A stretch of DNA of 62,904 bases, the filler included, from Dirinaria sp. TL-2023a (Eukaryota): assembly GCA_051941275.1 (NCBI GenBank). It is 9 parts of 9 records of this genome, joined end to end, with 100 filler letters (N's around TTAATTAATTAA, not from the genome) between each part and the next. Parts side by side here need not be neighbours in the genome. Positions count along the whole stretch, not along the records: positions 1 to 6,932 come from JAVEBF010001388.1; positions 7,033 to 13,961 come from JAVEBF010001389.1; 7 more parts are not named here. One strand, given 5' to 3'. Position numbers and translations under genes: made by a program. Numbering within the stretch: position 1 is the stretch's first letter; each line of letters opens with the position of its first letter. Shown here piece after piece: positions 1 to 11,466 of this stretch. Below the pieces are notes generated by a model that did no database searches, had not been told where the DNA came from, and worked only from the letters and a program-made list of their open reading frames with translations.

Positions 1-234
1 GACTACAACCCAGATAGCGGAAGTCGCTATTAATCTTTTGAAGTGAAGCCTTTCTACATTCTCGGCTCACGAGAGATTTGAGATAGTCTCCGATGGCGCC
101 AAATTTCATTGTGCGAACCTTGCAATTCTTCCAAACCGTCATTTCTTTTCTTGCAATGATTGCCACACTTGAAAATGAACATATGCTAGCGCGCTAAGAC
201 GAACGAAAACGAGGGGTTTTGGAGATGTGGTCTC

Positions 235-2141
235 CTACACGTCTACACGCTGTCTTGGATGTCTCATTGGTTTTTCTTTCTGCTGCCAATAGAATGTCCC
301 AGCTATGGTGAGACTGGTAAGTAAAATTGTACATCCTACAAAGAAACCGATTTCTTTTTGCAGCTCGACACTGGGACTGGCTGAATGCATCGTTGTAAGT
401 TGGGCGATATTAGTACTGAAGAAGGACTGCCCTCATTTTGTCAGATAAAGTGGTGCATAAAACGGGGAAGACTTAGGGAACCTACAATTATCAGGCTAAC
501 AGGAAGATAGATCATTGCAATGAAGCTGATAATTCGCATCGTTCTGGAGTCATAATGGCTTGTTTCTAACATCGAAAGCGTCAAATCAGATTGGAACGAA
601 GATCTCTGCGCAAGACTTCGCAAAGTAGACCCGTTGTCGTGGATTACTGCATCATTCCTGTGGTCTAGGATCTTGAACAGCTGAGCTTGGTCAATGCAAG
701 AACATGGTCATCCTATTTTGCTGTGGGATTCATTGAGCTCACCAATGACCTTGTACTCTTGGCAGACTCCAAAAGCGACTCCAGATCATGAATATGTAGC
801 TGGAGACTTTTGTGGCACTCCCAAATCTTCATCTCATAACAGTTCCATTGTACCGCTGTGAGAGTAATTCTGCCGCTGCTCGATTGTTGTAACGTCTGGC
901 AGTATATCTTGATATCAAGTAATGTCCGCAGCTGTGCTCGCATGATGGATAAGATTCGTCGAATCTTCCCCAGCAGAAGCTCCATTTTCTGACAGTCTGC
1001 AAATTCTAAGCTGTAATCCTGATCTAAGCGTCGATCAACCTCGGAGAAACAAGCAATCTCGTGCTAAGGAGCGTCTTAGTCGACCGGTGTTGCTTTAAAG
1101 CCGCAGTACTCGCCAAGACTCACTAGATTCGACAATCGTTCTGCTAGATAACGTATATACTGTTTCCAATTTCTTTGAGAACGAGCGAAGATGAGTATAT
1201 GCAGTGCTACTGGATGGAGTCGATCTGCGGGAGTGCTTGAGGCAACCGGGTCACTGCTTTCACAGCAATCGATACAGTCGCGGATGGGCTGTGCTAGCTG
1301 AACAAACATCCAAGTAGAGGACTCTTGAGCAAAGCATAGCTTATGATATACTGCGGTCTGTCGGAGCGACCACGGGTCCTTGAGTGCAGGCCGTCTATGC
1401 TTCTCTACATGATATAGATTGTACGCAATCTCTTTTGCAAGTCAGAGATGAAATTGCAGCGTTAAAAAGCATGACACTTACCGCAACACGAGATGCGATT
1501 TGACACTCGGTCTAAGCGTCGAAATATGGGAAAGCATCTCGGAGACGGCTCATCGATCTCTGACGTCTTGAGGCCAAGCCCACAAAGAACTTCGACGAAT
1601 ACTGGGAAAATGTCGAAGTGTTCAACAAGCATGCGAAACATGCCGAGGGAAATCTTCAAGGGGCTCCAAGAGCTCGCTTGCTCAATGAATCTGTTGCTAG
1701 CCAACTAGAGCTGCATAAGAAGGGGAGAAGTCACGATCGACGCGTACATAAATGTGTCGCCACTGCGAGCGCTTTGTCTCTATATGACAGCAGATATATC
1801 AGCTTTCTCAGCAGTCTGAGTGGCGAGGACTTTCTGCGTACCTCAAGTAGGGCTCCTAATGCAGGCTCAGTAGTAATGGTCTCACGTTCGACATTTGGGA
1901 GGCCTAGACTCACCAGATTTAGCTACTGACATGGATCCAGCCACACTTGAATCTACAAACCGCCGTCGTTGCGCTGTTCCTGCCACAGAACGTCAAGTAC
2001 CAGCTTTGCCTCATATTCCGATTCTTCCGGGACGAACAATGCGTGTGAGTCTTCAAGCAAGAGTTGTGGATAGTAATGGTCATCCTCAAGATCAACGCTC
2101 GTTCCTTGAGGTCCTCCCCGAGGCGACGCCACGATGGACAT
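235..2141 (-). CDS. Fungal CorA-like (2-TM C-terminus) membrane protein, 8 exons, ~499 aa
   Basis: Exons 2141-1961, 1903-1842, 1779-1748, 1690-1482, 1431-1124, 1063-743, 680-486 and 426-235 splice at GT..AG sites into 1500 nt with no stop. Motifs typical of fungal CorA-like proteins: IEQASSWSPLKIS, EIAYNLYHVEKH..DPWSLRQTAVYH, HP..LH....RNWKQYI, DSRTMRIISFIAMIYLPVSLIISFFSTN (TM1) and EIGFFVGCTILLTSLTIAGTFYW (TM2). Confidence 0.8.
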
Positions 2142-2614
2142 GGGGCCGTCAGATTTTTTTTTAAAACAAGATCAAGTTTTTCCGCCGCAACTATACTAAA
2201 CATTTCTATGCACTTTTGTTTGAGGGCTAACGTCTATCTTGTATTTGACCTTTCGAGACATTCGGCGATGCGGACAAAGCCCTCGATCTTGATCAAGGTG
2301 TCAAGGCTGTGCACGCATTAGGGTGTGAAGGCGTCCTGTACGGCAACTGTAAGCCGACCAATTAGATGTCTTTGATATGAGAGCACGGCAGCCTTTGGCC
2401 CCCCCTCCTTTACGTCTCTACTATAGAAGAGCGCATTGGTTGGCGTGGCATAGGTACAGCCTTTTCCAGTGCAACGTCCTATTACCTATGCTCGCCCCAA
2501 CGCCTCCCAGAGCTCCCATATTGTGTCTAGCAGGAAGCCTCGTACAGCTCTCGAGGTTAACCTTGCGTCTAACTAAGGGATAATGACAGAGCACTCATCG
2601 GCTGCCGCGTCGTA

Positions 2615-2918
2615 ATGCCCGCAATAGTGACGTACACAGAGCGCTACATTGATTTAGGAAAACTTACAGCGCTCTTGAGAGAGCTTTTTCCTGACAACTT
2701 CTCCGTTAGGGTATGTACCCAAGGCGCGCAAGAGAGGCCGGCATTGGAAGCTCATTCTTCTTCCAATACCAGTCAAGAGATAACAATGTGACCATCTCAG
2801 CCCCAAGAGAACTCACACAAGTAGATGGGATTACAAAAAATCGTCTGAGGTGTGCGGGCTAAACGACCCTTCCATTCAGGTTGAAATCCGGTCGACCTGG
2901 TACGCCAATGCCAATTGA
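2615..2918 (+). CDS. 60-aa microprotein, 3 exons, not in ORF track: MPAIVTYTERYIDLGKLTALLRELFPDNFSVRSRDNNVTISAPRELTQVEIRSTWYANAN
   Basis: Exons 2615-2710, 2773-2820 and 2880-2918. Introns are gtatgt..ccag (62 nt) and gtagat..tcag (59 nt), both phase 0 with branch-like gctcat/gctaaa. The product has an amphipathic beta-alpha-beta-beta-alpha-like pattern. Confidence 0.72.
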
Positions 2919-2974
2919 GCCCGAAGGTCACAGGTGACGCTTCGCATCTCCTTAAATTCGGAAAAGCCCAGGCA

Positions 2975-5900
2975 ATGCCTCCTAGCCTGGAGACTCCAGG
3001 CTCGGAATCTTCTGGTCTATTTAAGCTTCGCAATGGCATTGAAGACTTGCGGTGCAAAGCCGCCGATGGCCACTACTTCAATCCGCAATCCATTAGGAAG
3101 CTTTGCACACCTGAATTAATCAAGGCAGCGGTTCATGACTATCCATTTCCGGCTCATAAGAAAGATGGAATAGCTCAGAGCATTCTCTGCAACGGCATCC
3201 TGATCTTTTGCATCCTTGTGCACATCAGGGCCGAGCATTTGATGGTAATCTTACTGGAACGTGATGTCTCCAAGAAGCTCGATAACCGGCTTCCTATGGA
3301 TTCTGGTGCGCTAAGCTTCATGCAGCGTGAAGAGAGTAGAAGGTTCTTTGAGGTACAGTGGGAGTTTCTTCCAGTTAAGCTACCCAGCCGGGAGTACTTG
3401 CAGATTGACGAGCATTATATACTGCCTTATCTAGAAAATCGGCGCCACGCAGACCGCGGCGGATCTTTTGGTGATATCTACAAGGCCACTTTTGAATGCT
3501 CGATGCAAGATATGCTCGAGTACCCCGAGCCGAACAAAGAGGGAGGAATGGTTACTGTCATTCGAAAACAGATTCGATTCAATGAGAACATTGAAGGCTT
3601 TGCAAGGGAGAGGAGTTGCTTAGAGATCCTGCAACAGTTAAAGCACCCAAATATCGTGGAATTGCTTTGTTCTTATACCTACAAGGGTGAGCACAGTCTG
3701 ATTTTTCCCTGTGAAGACATGGATCTCGACGATTTCTTCAAGAAGGGAAGATACCGGGACTTTCAATCCAATCCTACATTCTATCTGGCGGTTTATGGCT
3801 TGATATCTGCCGTGGAATATTTACATAACTTTCAAAGCGATGTAAGGGAAGACTTTTCAACTATGATCGGGTCTCACCATGACATTCGACCGCACAATAT
3901 TCTGGTTCGGTCCAACACTTTCATTCTGGCTGATTTTGGTCTTGCAAAAATGAGTGAAGAGGGCAAATCGTCCACATCGATGAAAGGTGGGGGAGGGGAG
4001 TACATGGCACCGGAGTGCATCAAAGGAGGCAAAATCGGGCGAGCAGCAGATATATGGTCCCTCGGCGGCGTGTTTCTGGACATTGCGGCGTACATCGAAG
4101 ACGGGCCTGAAGGTCGAATTCGAGCTCAAGATAAGCGAGAGGGAGGTGGCCCGTACGTTGATGCAACGACCACCCATTTTTTTTCCACCGACGGCAATTT
4201 GAAGACGGGGGTTATTGATTCGATTCAGAAACTCCAAGAAAACCCCGAGGACAAGACACTACGCACATTCCTACTTCTTAGTAGAAGTATGCTTGGTGTG
4301 AACCAAGAAACCCGTCCAAGTGCGCCAACAGTCCGACGGAACGCAGCATATATTGCTATCAAGTCACTTTTCAGAGAAGCTTTACAAGACATGATAAAGT
4401 GGAGAGAGCAGTTGGGGGAAACTGACGCCGGTAGAATATGGGAAGATACTTGGAAGCTTTGGGCATGGGGTGAGGAGGTCGGTATCAATGGAGTCAATCT
4501 CGCGACCAAAGAATTTAAAGAGGCTATACCTCACGCCGATAAAACCGAAAAACGTTTACAGAACATCCTGACCGAATTAGTACGGGCCCTCGGCAGTGAA
4601 AAGCTGCTTCAAAAGAGGACTCCTGTACAGAGAGGGCCAAATGGAGTATCTGCACCTGGACAATATTACTGCATAGGAGCTTAGAAAATTAATGATCGTA
4701 TAAGAGATCTGAGAACTACTCTTCCGGATGATTATGGGAAGAGAATCAAGGCTCGCAAGGCCTGCTACGGTAAGTATGCTGATTATGATCCTCCCAAACT
4801 GCCATCCATGTCCGATGAGCTTTTGCAATCTTCAGATCACCCTGCAACGGGAAGTGGGGTGCGTTCAGCCAGTGTATCGCCATTGGGAAGCGCCTGTATT
4901 GATCCCATGCTAAATAGTGGACTCGAAGAGCTACAGCTGAAGGACATTTCGGTCGGAGAACATAATGAGATGGGACCGCCAAAGGATGTTGAGACAACCT
5001 TTGATGAGCCCCAAGAGCCTACATTGACGCAGGGCACGCATCATACTGACAGAGACTCGCGGCAACTCCAAACTATGAACTCTAAAGACTTGGAGTATTC
5101 AAATCATAGTCACGCTGAGCTTGGCACATCTGTGTCACAGAAATCGCTTATTCTGCCTTCCCCGGAAGAGCAGCGGACGGCAACACCAAAACCGACCAGG
5201 ACCGAAGCTGGCAGCAAATTTGAAAGTAGCATCTTCTCAACATTAAGTGGTCCTGAGAAGTCAACAAATGCCACAAGCATCGAACCTGGAAATTCAGTTA
5301 GTTTGGGTAGCAGGCACATACACAATGAAAGAGCCTCGTTTCGCCGGCCGCTGTCTTCTTTGCGTCTGCCAGACCCTGTGATTCGCGGTGGGTGGCCTGA
5401 GCGTGGCTCTATTCTCGAAGGGACTGGCATTTCGGCTCATGTGTAAGAGAAGTCTCTGAAGCATGTTACCCCGCTGACTCTGACTTGAAGCACTTATGAA
5501 ACCGCCACTCGTCAGCGCGATACTAAACGCTTCGACACCCACATTCTCACCGTCGACGACTCGAACGAAGCATTTATCGTCGTATACTGTATCAGCAATG
5601 ATTTCAATATCTCTTTGTGCCACAGTCGTAAGGCCTGAGCACTTTTTATCTTGACACGCTCAGCAAACTGATTAGAGACGAAGTCAACGAGTCGGCTTCT
5701 GCATACCCACACACTGACTACCTCGTCGGTGGCAAAGGTTCGTTACCAAAAGTGCACTTCTTGGGCGCACAGATTGTGTATGAACAAACAAATTTAACAA
5801 TGCCTTCGTCTAAGGCCCCGGCCGAAGGGCACCTACTGGCTCCAGCAAAGACGCGGATAGAGTCAGGAAACATAAGTTACACCTTTGCTTCTTCAGACGG

Positions 5901-6506
5901 TAGGTTGCGTAACTCGTGGACTCAGTTGGATTCCTGGTTGACGATCAAACTTCAGACTGCAAAAAGTTTCGTTCAGCTGTTTGGGGACGAGATCTATTGC
6001 AGTGCATCGGTGCACACCAAATCTCTGGGCCATCTGTCAAAGAGGCCGAATCCGTAAATATAAGTCTGTGGAAAGAACGATCCGCACCGGAAAAACTCAC
6101 CGTTACGTTTCGGGCGCTACTCAAGGGTGCCAAGGAACGAACTGTGGTCGAACTTGCTCGTAAGTCTCCTATATGGAAATATAAAGTTTTCGGAGATCGG
6201 TACTGATCTCTTTCGTGCTTCAGTAGCAGGTGTAGATCCAATAGGATACCAGAAGGACAGAAATATCCACCTCTATATCGAACCTCTACAGGAACATAGG
6301 GAGGCTACCAAGTCGAAAAAGCGTGTACGACCTCAAGAAGTCGTGATCAGATTCCGCTCTCACCAGGGTAAGAGTAACCATTCTCAAGCTTGGATTCTTG
6401 CTCGATGAGTTTCTGACCATGAACTTGGGTTGCTATAGATTGCGATTCTGCTTGCCTTCGGATTGATAAGGCTCTCCCAGGTGTGAGGCTAAGATTCCAA
6501 CACTGA
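2975..6506 (+). CDS. Accessory protein kinase (kinase + HeLo-like helical region + disordered linker + PH-like tail) with one in-frame TAG at 4682-4684
   Basis: Kinase motifs GGSFGDIY, VIRKQ, FARERSCL, HPNIVELL, HHDIRPHNILV, ADFGL, YMAPE and ADIWSLG. The frame continues past the TAG to 5442. Further exons 5491-5627, 5684-5899, 5956-6159, 6224-6367 and 6439-6506 splice in frame. Length is 1078 aa if the TAG is decoded and 569 aa if not. Confidence 0.8.
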
Positions 6507-6932
6507 ACTGTGATGCTGCATTACTGAGTTCTCATTCCTTGCGCCGTGTTGCGCTTTCTTGGGTATAAAGAGTTCTGGCTTGCGCATGATTTGATCATCC
6601 AAGAATTCCGCTTGCCACTAGCTGCTAACACAGCTCTTGACCCGAGGTTTCGTTCTCTGTCTATACCATCATGTTTTGTGTATCTGCAGACAGAATCCAC
6701 GATCTAATCGTGGTGGTTTTCGTATCATCTGAGCCCCAAGCTTTCGATTTACTTGTAGTTGAGAATCTTTCATCGAGTGTCTATTTAGTCGAATACCTCG
6801 TCGACACGTTTCATTATTTTCGACGTCTCGTGACTCAAAGCCACCGACTAGGCTCAGCAGCAAACGATGATAAACACATTTTCGAAATAGACTCGCAATT
6901 GACGCTAAAAACTTGATCTCTAAGCTAAGATC

Positions 6933-7032
6933 NNNNNNNNNNNNNNNNNNNNNNNNNNNNNNNNNNNNNNNNNNNNTTAATTAATTAANNNNNNNNNNNN
7001 NNNNNNNNNNNNNNNNNNNNNNNNNNNNNNNN
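6933..7032. other. Artificial contig spacer N44-TTAATTAATTAA-N44
   Basis: Exactly 100 bp; identical to seven other spacers; the 12-mer gives stop codons on both strands. Confidence 0.97.
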
Positions 7033-7071
7033 GATTGAAGCTGATTCCAAGGCTCGCCTTAATACTACTAG

Positions 7072-7913
7072 AGGACTACGTGCTCTTCGACTGCCCCGGG
7101 CAAGTGGAGCTTTTCACGCACCATGACAGCTTGAGGAACCTGTTTTTCCGGATCCAGAAGATGGGGTATAGAGTTCGCTTTTACCCTCTTATTTCTCGCG
7201 GTTGCTCATGGCTAATGTGTATTGGCGTTTGATTACAGCTGGTCGCGCTCCACCTGACGGACTCCTATGCCTTGACGCTGCCCTCCCTCTATATCTCGAC
7301 GCTTCTCCTCTCTCTCCGCGCGATGCTGCAGATGGATCTCCCGCATCTCAATGTCCTGACCAAAATCGATAAGCTGGCTTCTTACGGCCCTTTGCCGTTC
7401 AATCTGGACTACTACACCGAAGTGCAAGATCTGTCCTTTCTGCTCCCTCACCTTGCGGACGAATCGCCGATGATGCGCCATCCCAAATTCGAAGGCCTTA
7501 ATAATGCGGTCATTGGACTGGTGGAAGACTTCGGTCTGGTCGGATTCGAGACGTTGGCGGTAGAGGACAAGAAAAGCATGATGACATTGCTGCAGGCTAT
7601 TGATCGCGCGGGCGGATATGCGTTTGGTGGTGCCGAGGGCGCCAATGATACGGTGTGGCAAGTCGCGATGAGGGAGGGATTGGGGAGGATGAGCGTACAA
7701 GACGTGCAGGAGAGGTGGGTTGATTATAAGGACGAGTGGGATGAGATGGAGAGGGCGCAATTGGAAGAAGAATTGAGGGCGAGCGGCGTGAATGGCCGTG
7801 ACGGCGCTGCAGAAAATGGTGATCAGGAGGATGATGATGCTGACAGCGACGAGACTGGATTTACGGCAGGAAGGGTCCCGGATAGTGGTGTGAAGGTCGT
7901 GCGGCGAAGTTGA
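7072..7913 (+). CDS. GPN2: GPN-loop GTPase 2 (5'-truncated by contig edge)
   Basis: DYVLFDCPGQVELFTHH, MLQMDLPHLNVLTKID and LPFNLDYYTEVQDL; intron 7173-7238. Confidence 0.92.
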
Positions 7914-8026
7914 ATTGAGCCATCATCCAGCATAGTCCAGCGGCGGCGTCCTCGGTCATCTTCCTGATCTCTTACTAAAGGCGGCCTGTTAGTCTTACCT
8001 AGAACATTTCCAGGAGTCCTAATCTT

Positions 8027-8747
8027 TCAATCATCTTCGTCTTCACCACTCTCCAATTCTTCACCATCATCATCATCATCATCCTCTATTCTTGCCGTAG
8101 CCTGCTCTCTACGCCCAGAAACACCTGGCTTTCGTGCCCCATCAAATGGGCCAAAGATCGCTTCCAGATGCTCCGTAGCGCTCTCCATGGCCCCGCTCTT
8201 CGCCTTCAGAATAGCCGCCCTAGCGCGCCTCACAGCCTCCTCTTCCGACTTCCTAATCGTGCCAGATACCCTCACGACACGAATCACGCACGGCTTCGCC
8301 CGACCCTGAGGCGAGGGTTTAGGAAGGTGCGTCGTGAACGTCAAAGCGGCCCAGACAAGACGATAATTGTCGCGGGAGCAGCGAACGATGGCGGTTGATG
8401 TCGCAGGCGAGAGGTATTTGACTAACACACAGAAACTTTTTGTATCAGCGGGGGCCTGATTGATGGTGGGGTAAGGTAGGAAAGTGGCATTCGCAGAGTT
8501 TGACCATACCAGACAGGCCATTGGCAGTGATGCCAGCGCCATAATCGCCGTAGAGCAGCTGCACCTGGTCTCTGATGCAGCGCACGAGCACTTGTGGCGT
8601 GAGGTAGTCTGGGGTTGGCTGGTTGAACTGAACGATGTCCGGGACTGCTGGCTTTGTAGATGACGGGTTCCTTCCAGGCGGAGGGACTTCCCCGGCTTCA
8701 GGATAGAGGAAGTTGACTAGGAGGTATCGGTGTTTTATTCGAACCAT
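8027..8747 (-). CDS. POP5: RNase P/MRP subunit Pop5
   Basis: MVRIKHRYLL start; VKYLSPATSTAIVRCSR and RVVRVSGTIRKSEE; intron 8509-8422. Confidence 0.92.
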
Positions 8748-9144
8748 ATTATTACTATTATTCTGGGGCAGAACGTAAATAGTGCTAGACGTTTTACCTA
8801 CCTTACTCAATGATGAAGCCACACGTGCGACGAAAATACCGGCAAGGATATCGGTAGGGAGAGCGAAGGCTAGAAGCGGCAGCGGACCGCGGGGAAGACG
8901 GACTCGTGCATTAGCTAGTAAGTTTCTATCCAACCTCTCGGCTAAAAGGCTACTCATATCTACCCGAGGAGCGGAACTACTTCCGTACCTGATTCTATCT
9001 AAGGTAAAACTTAACGGACCCCCACAGAATTTGCTCAACTGTGCTCAACTGTGCACAAGGTCGTAATACCGTACATTAGCTACAATATAATGCATGTCCA
9101 TAAGGTAGAGTCGGCCAGCATTTCTCTGTGATTAGCCCATTCCC

Positions 9145-11466
9145 TTAATTCGTCCCACCTCCAAGCAAACGACCCATGACCAAGGCCTCGACTTTGTTTC
9201 CCTTTTTCAACGACCCTTCTCGTGCCGGAAGACAGAGGAGTGCATTGGCCCCTTTCAAGCTTCCCACGCGCGAGCTGCGCTGGCCTCCGGTACTTGCTGC
9301 TTCCAGGGCCCCATTGCTCGCAGTATAGACACTAGCTCGGTGATACTCTGGTCTCTGTTTATCCAAGCGGATGTCATGAGCCAGGGTCACAGTCACCTTT
9401 GGTAAACCTGGCGGACGAACACCGCAAGCTTGGTGTAGCGAGGGTAGAACAAACAGGTGAGAAGTGACAACCGCGGATGCAGGATTTCCCGGTAGTGAAA
9501 AGATCAGACGAGTCTCTGGATCCCCGGCATTGTTCTTGAAGGGGACCGTGGCAAAAGTAGTCGGTTTACCAGGTTTCATTGACACTCGGCCAAAATGTAT
9601 GGTTCCGCCAAGCGAACGTTCAATTGTCGGCTTGAGTAGATCAAGCTCGCCCATGGAAACTCCGCCAGTGGTAATGATGACCGAGACCTTACGCATCGCG
9701 TCGCGGATGCTTTGTTCTAGAGCGCCTGGCCTACACGTATTTAGTGATCTCCTAATTAATAGATAATTGTGCACTTACGTGTCTTCAGCGACACCGAGGT
9801 CCACAACCTGAAACCCCCAGCCTCGCACAGCTGCCATAACTGTAGGTCGATTGCAATCTCTCACTTCCCCCAGTCGGAGCTCGCTTGGTCGATCATGCGG
9901 TATGATCTCGTCACCTGTGCTCATGACACCGACCACCGGTTTCTCATAGACCATAACTTCTGCCTTCCCAACAGAAGCCAGCAAGCCGAGTTCGCCGCCC
10001 ACTGCAGTGATTTCGTCTCCCTTCTTCAGGATCACATCCCCATACCTGATGTCGCTGCCAACCTCACGCACATTCTCGTTCGCCTTTACCTCGTCGGTTA
10101 AAATCTCAACGATTTCTTCTTCATGGCCATCTTCGGTCATGCTGCTGAGCTTTGTGTCCTCCACCATCACGCATGATGTTGCTCCCGGAGGCAACGGAGC
10201 TCCAGTGGTTATTCGAGCAATGGTTCCCGGTTCGAGCGGAGGGATCTCCCCAGGGGCAGCATGCGAGACTGAAGCCACGGGGAATGATCCCTTACTGCTT
10301 ACCCCATCTTCTGATACGGCGATTGCATAGCCGTCAACGATGCTTGCTCGGAATGCGGGAACCGCCTCCTTGGCTAAAACGTCTTCAGCGAGGACGCGGC
10401 CCACGAGCGCTGGATCTACGGGCGCCTTGACTTGCTTTGGACTTGGCGTGTTCTCCGAGATCAATTGGAGAGCATCTTCAACTGAAAGCATAGCGTAAGG
10501 CGACTTGCGGTGACGAGCTGAAGGGCCGGCTGTTGGGTCATTCGGGATTGGACGGTCTTCCGGTTTTGTGTGGGCTTTGGGTACCAAATGCCCACCGTGC
10601 GCGTGAGAATGGCCATGGTGATGCTGAAAAATTTGGCTATTCTGTGCCTTGGAGGTGCGAACACTGACGCCAGCCTCGTGCTCGAGCTTCTTTACACCAC
10701 CAGCATGCAAGGTCCGGGAGTCTCCTCCGGCTGCCTGCATACAAGCGTGGGGTAAAAGCTTAAGCACTGATGCCAGATTCTCTTTCGCTCCTTTGGGTGA
10801 GCCAGGAAGTGTGAGGATCAGTGTCCTCTGTCGCACGCCTGCGACAGGCCGTGACATCATGGCAACTGCCAATTCAATGAGCTTGGATTCCTCCTTTCTC
10901 ACCGGGAGAGTAGCCTTGTCCGTAGTTATTTGTTGTAGATAGAATTATGCAGGTACTATTCATTAAAGAGACAGTGCGTAGAAATGAGAAATATATCAGA
11001 TTAGAGATTGATAGGAGAACTTTGCTGCCCACTTACATGGCGTAACCTCCAAAGATGAAGCGAGCATACCATGACTATAGCCTTAGCCGTGCTTTCCAGT
11101 GAGTGTATAATACAAGATAACTTACATGAGGCCAGGTGCTTCCCTATCGAGCATAGGCTTGATAGCTTCTGGAGTAAAATCCTTGGACGTGAAGCCAGTG
11201 CCTCCCGTGGTCACGATCAAGTTCATGTAGTCATCATCGTCATCACAGAGCATGCTGACATGCTGTCGGATGGCCGCGACATTATCAGGAATAATAATAG
11301 TCCACTCGATCGCCCACTCGGGTTGGCTGCCACGCTCGCTGCTAAAGGTCTCTATGAGCGTGTCTTCAGATTTATCCGTGGAAGGGTCGTTGAAGGCGGT
11401 GTCGGAGATAATCAGAATTGCAGCTTTCAACTTTGTGCCCTCCATTGCGTGAGACAAAAACGACAT
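9145..11466 (-). CDS. cnxE: Gephyrin-like molybdopterin adenylyltransferase/molybdenumtransferase (MogA-MoeA fusion)
   Basis: G domain: LIVTTGGTGF, LTLPGSPKGAKENL. E domain: FRASIVDGYA, RITTGAPLP, STGDE, TTGGVSMGELD, MKPGKP, LPGNPASA. His-rich linker. Several introns; start Met at 11466 or 11445. Confidence 0.93.

Noticed and set aside
5628..5683. Apparent frameshift in the kinase tail suggesting a pseudogene
   Set aside because: Using the AAG acceptor at 5683, suitably spaced from the actgat branch site, restores the frame.
6977..6988. TTAATTAATTAA recurring about every 7 kb as a biological repeat or array
   Set aside because: Always centred in exactly 44+44 N; it is an assembly linker.
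8748..9038. Long upstream extension of the POP5 ORF
   Set aside because: It begins at a non-ATG codon, and the conserved MVRIKHRY start is at 8747.
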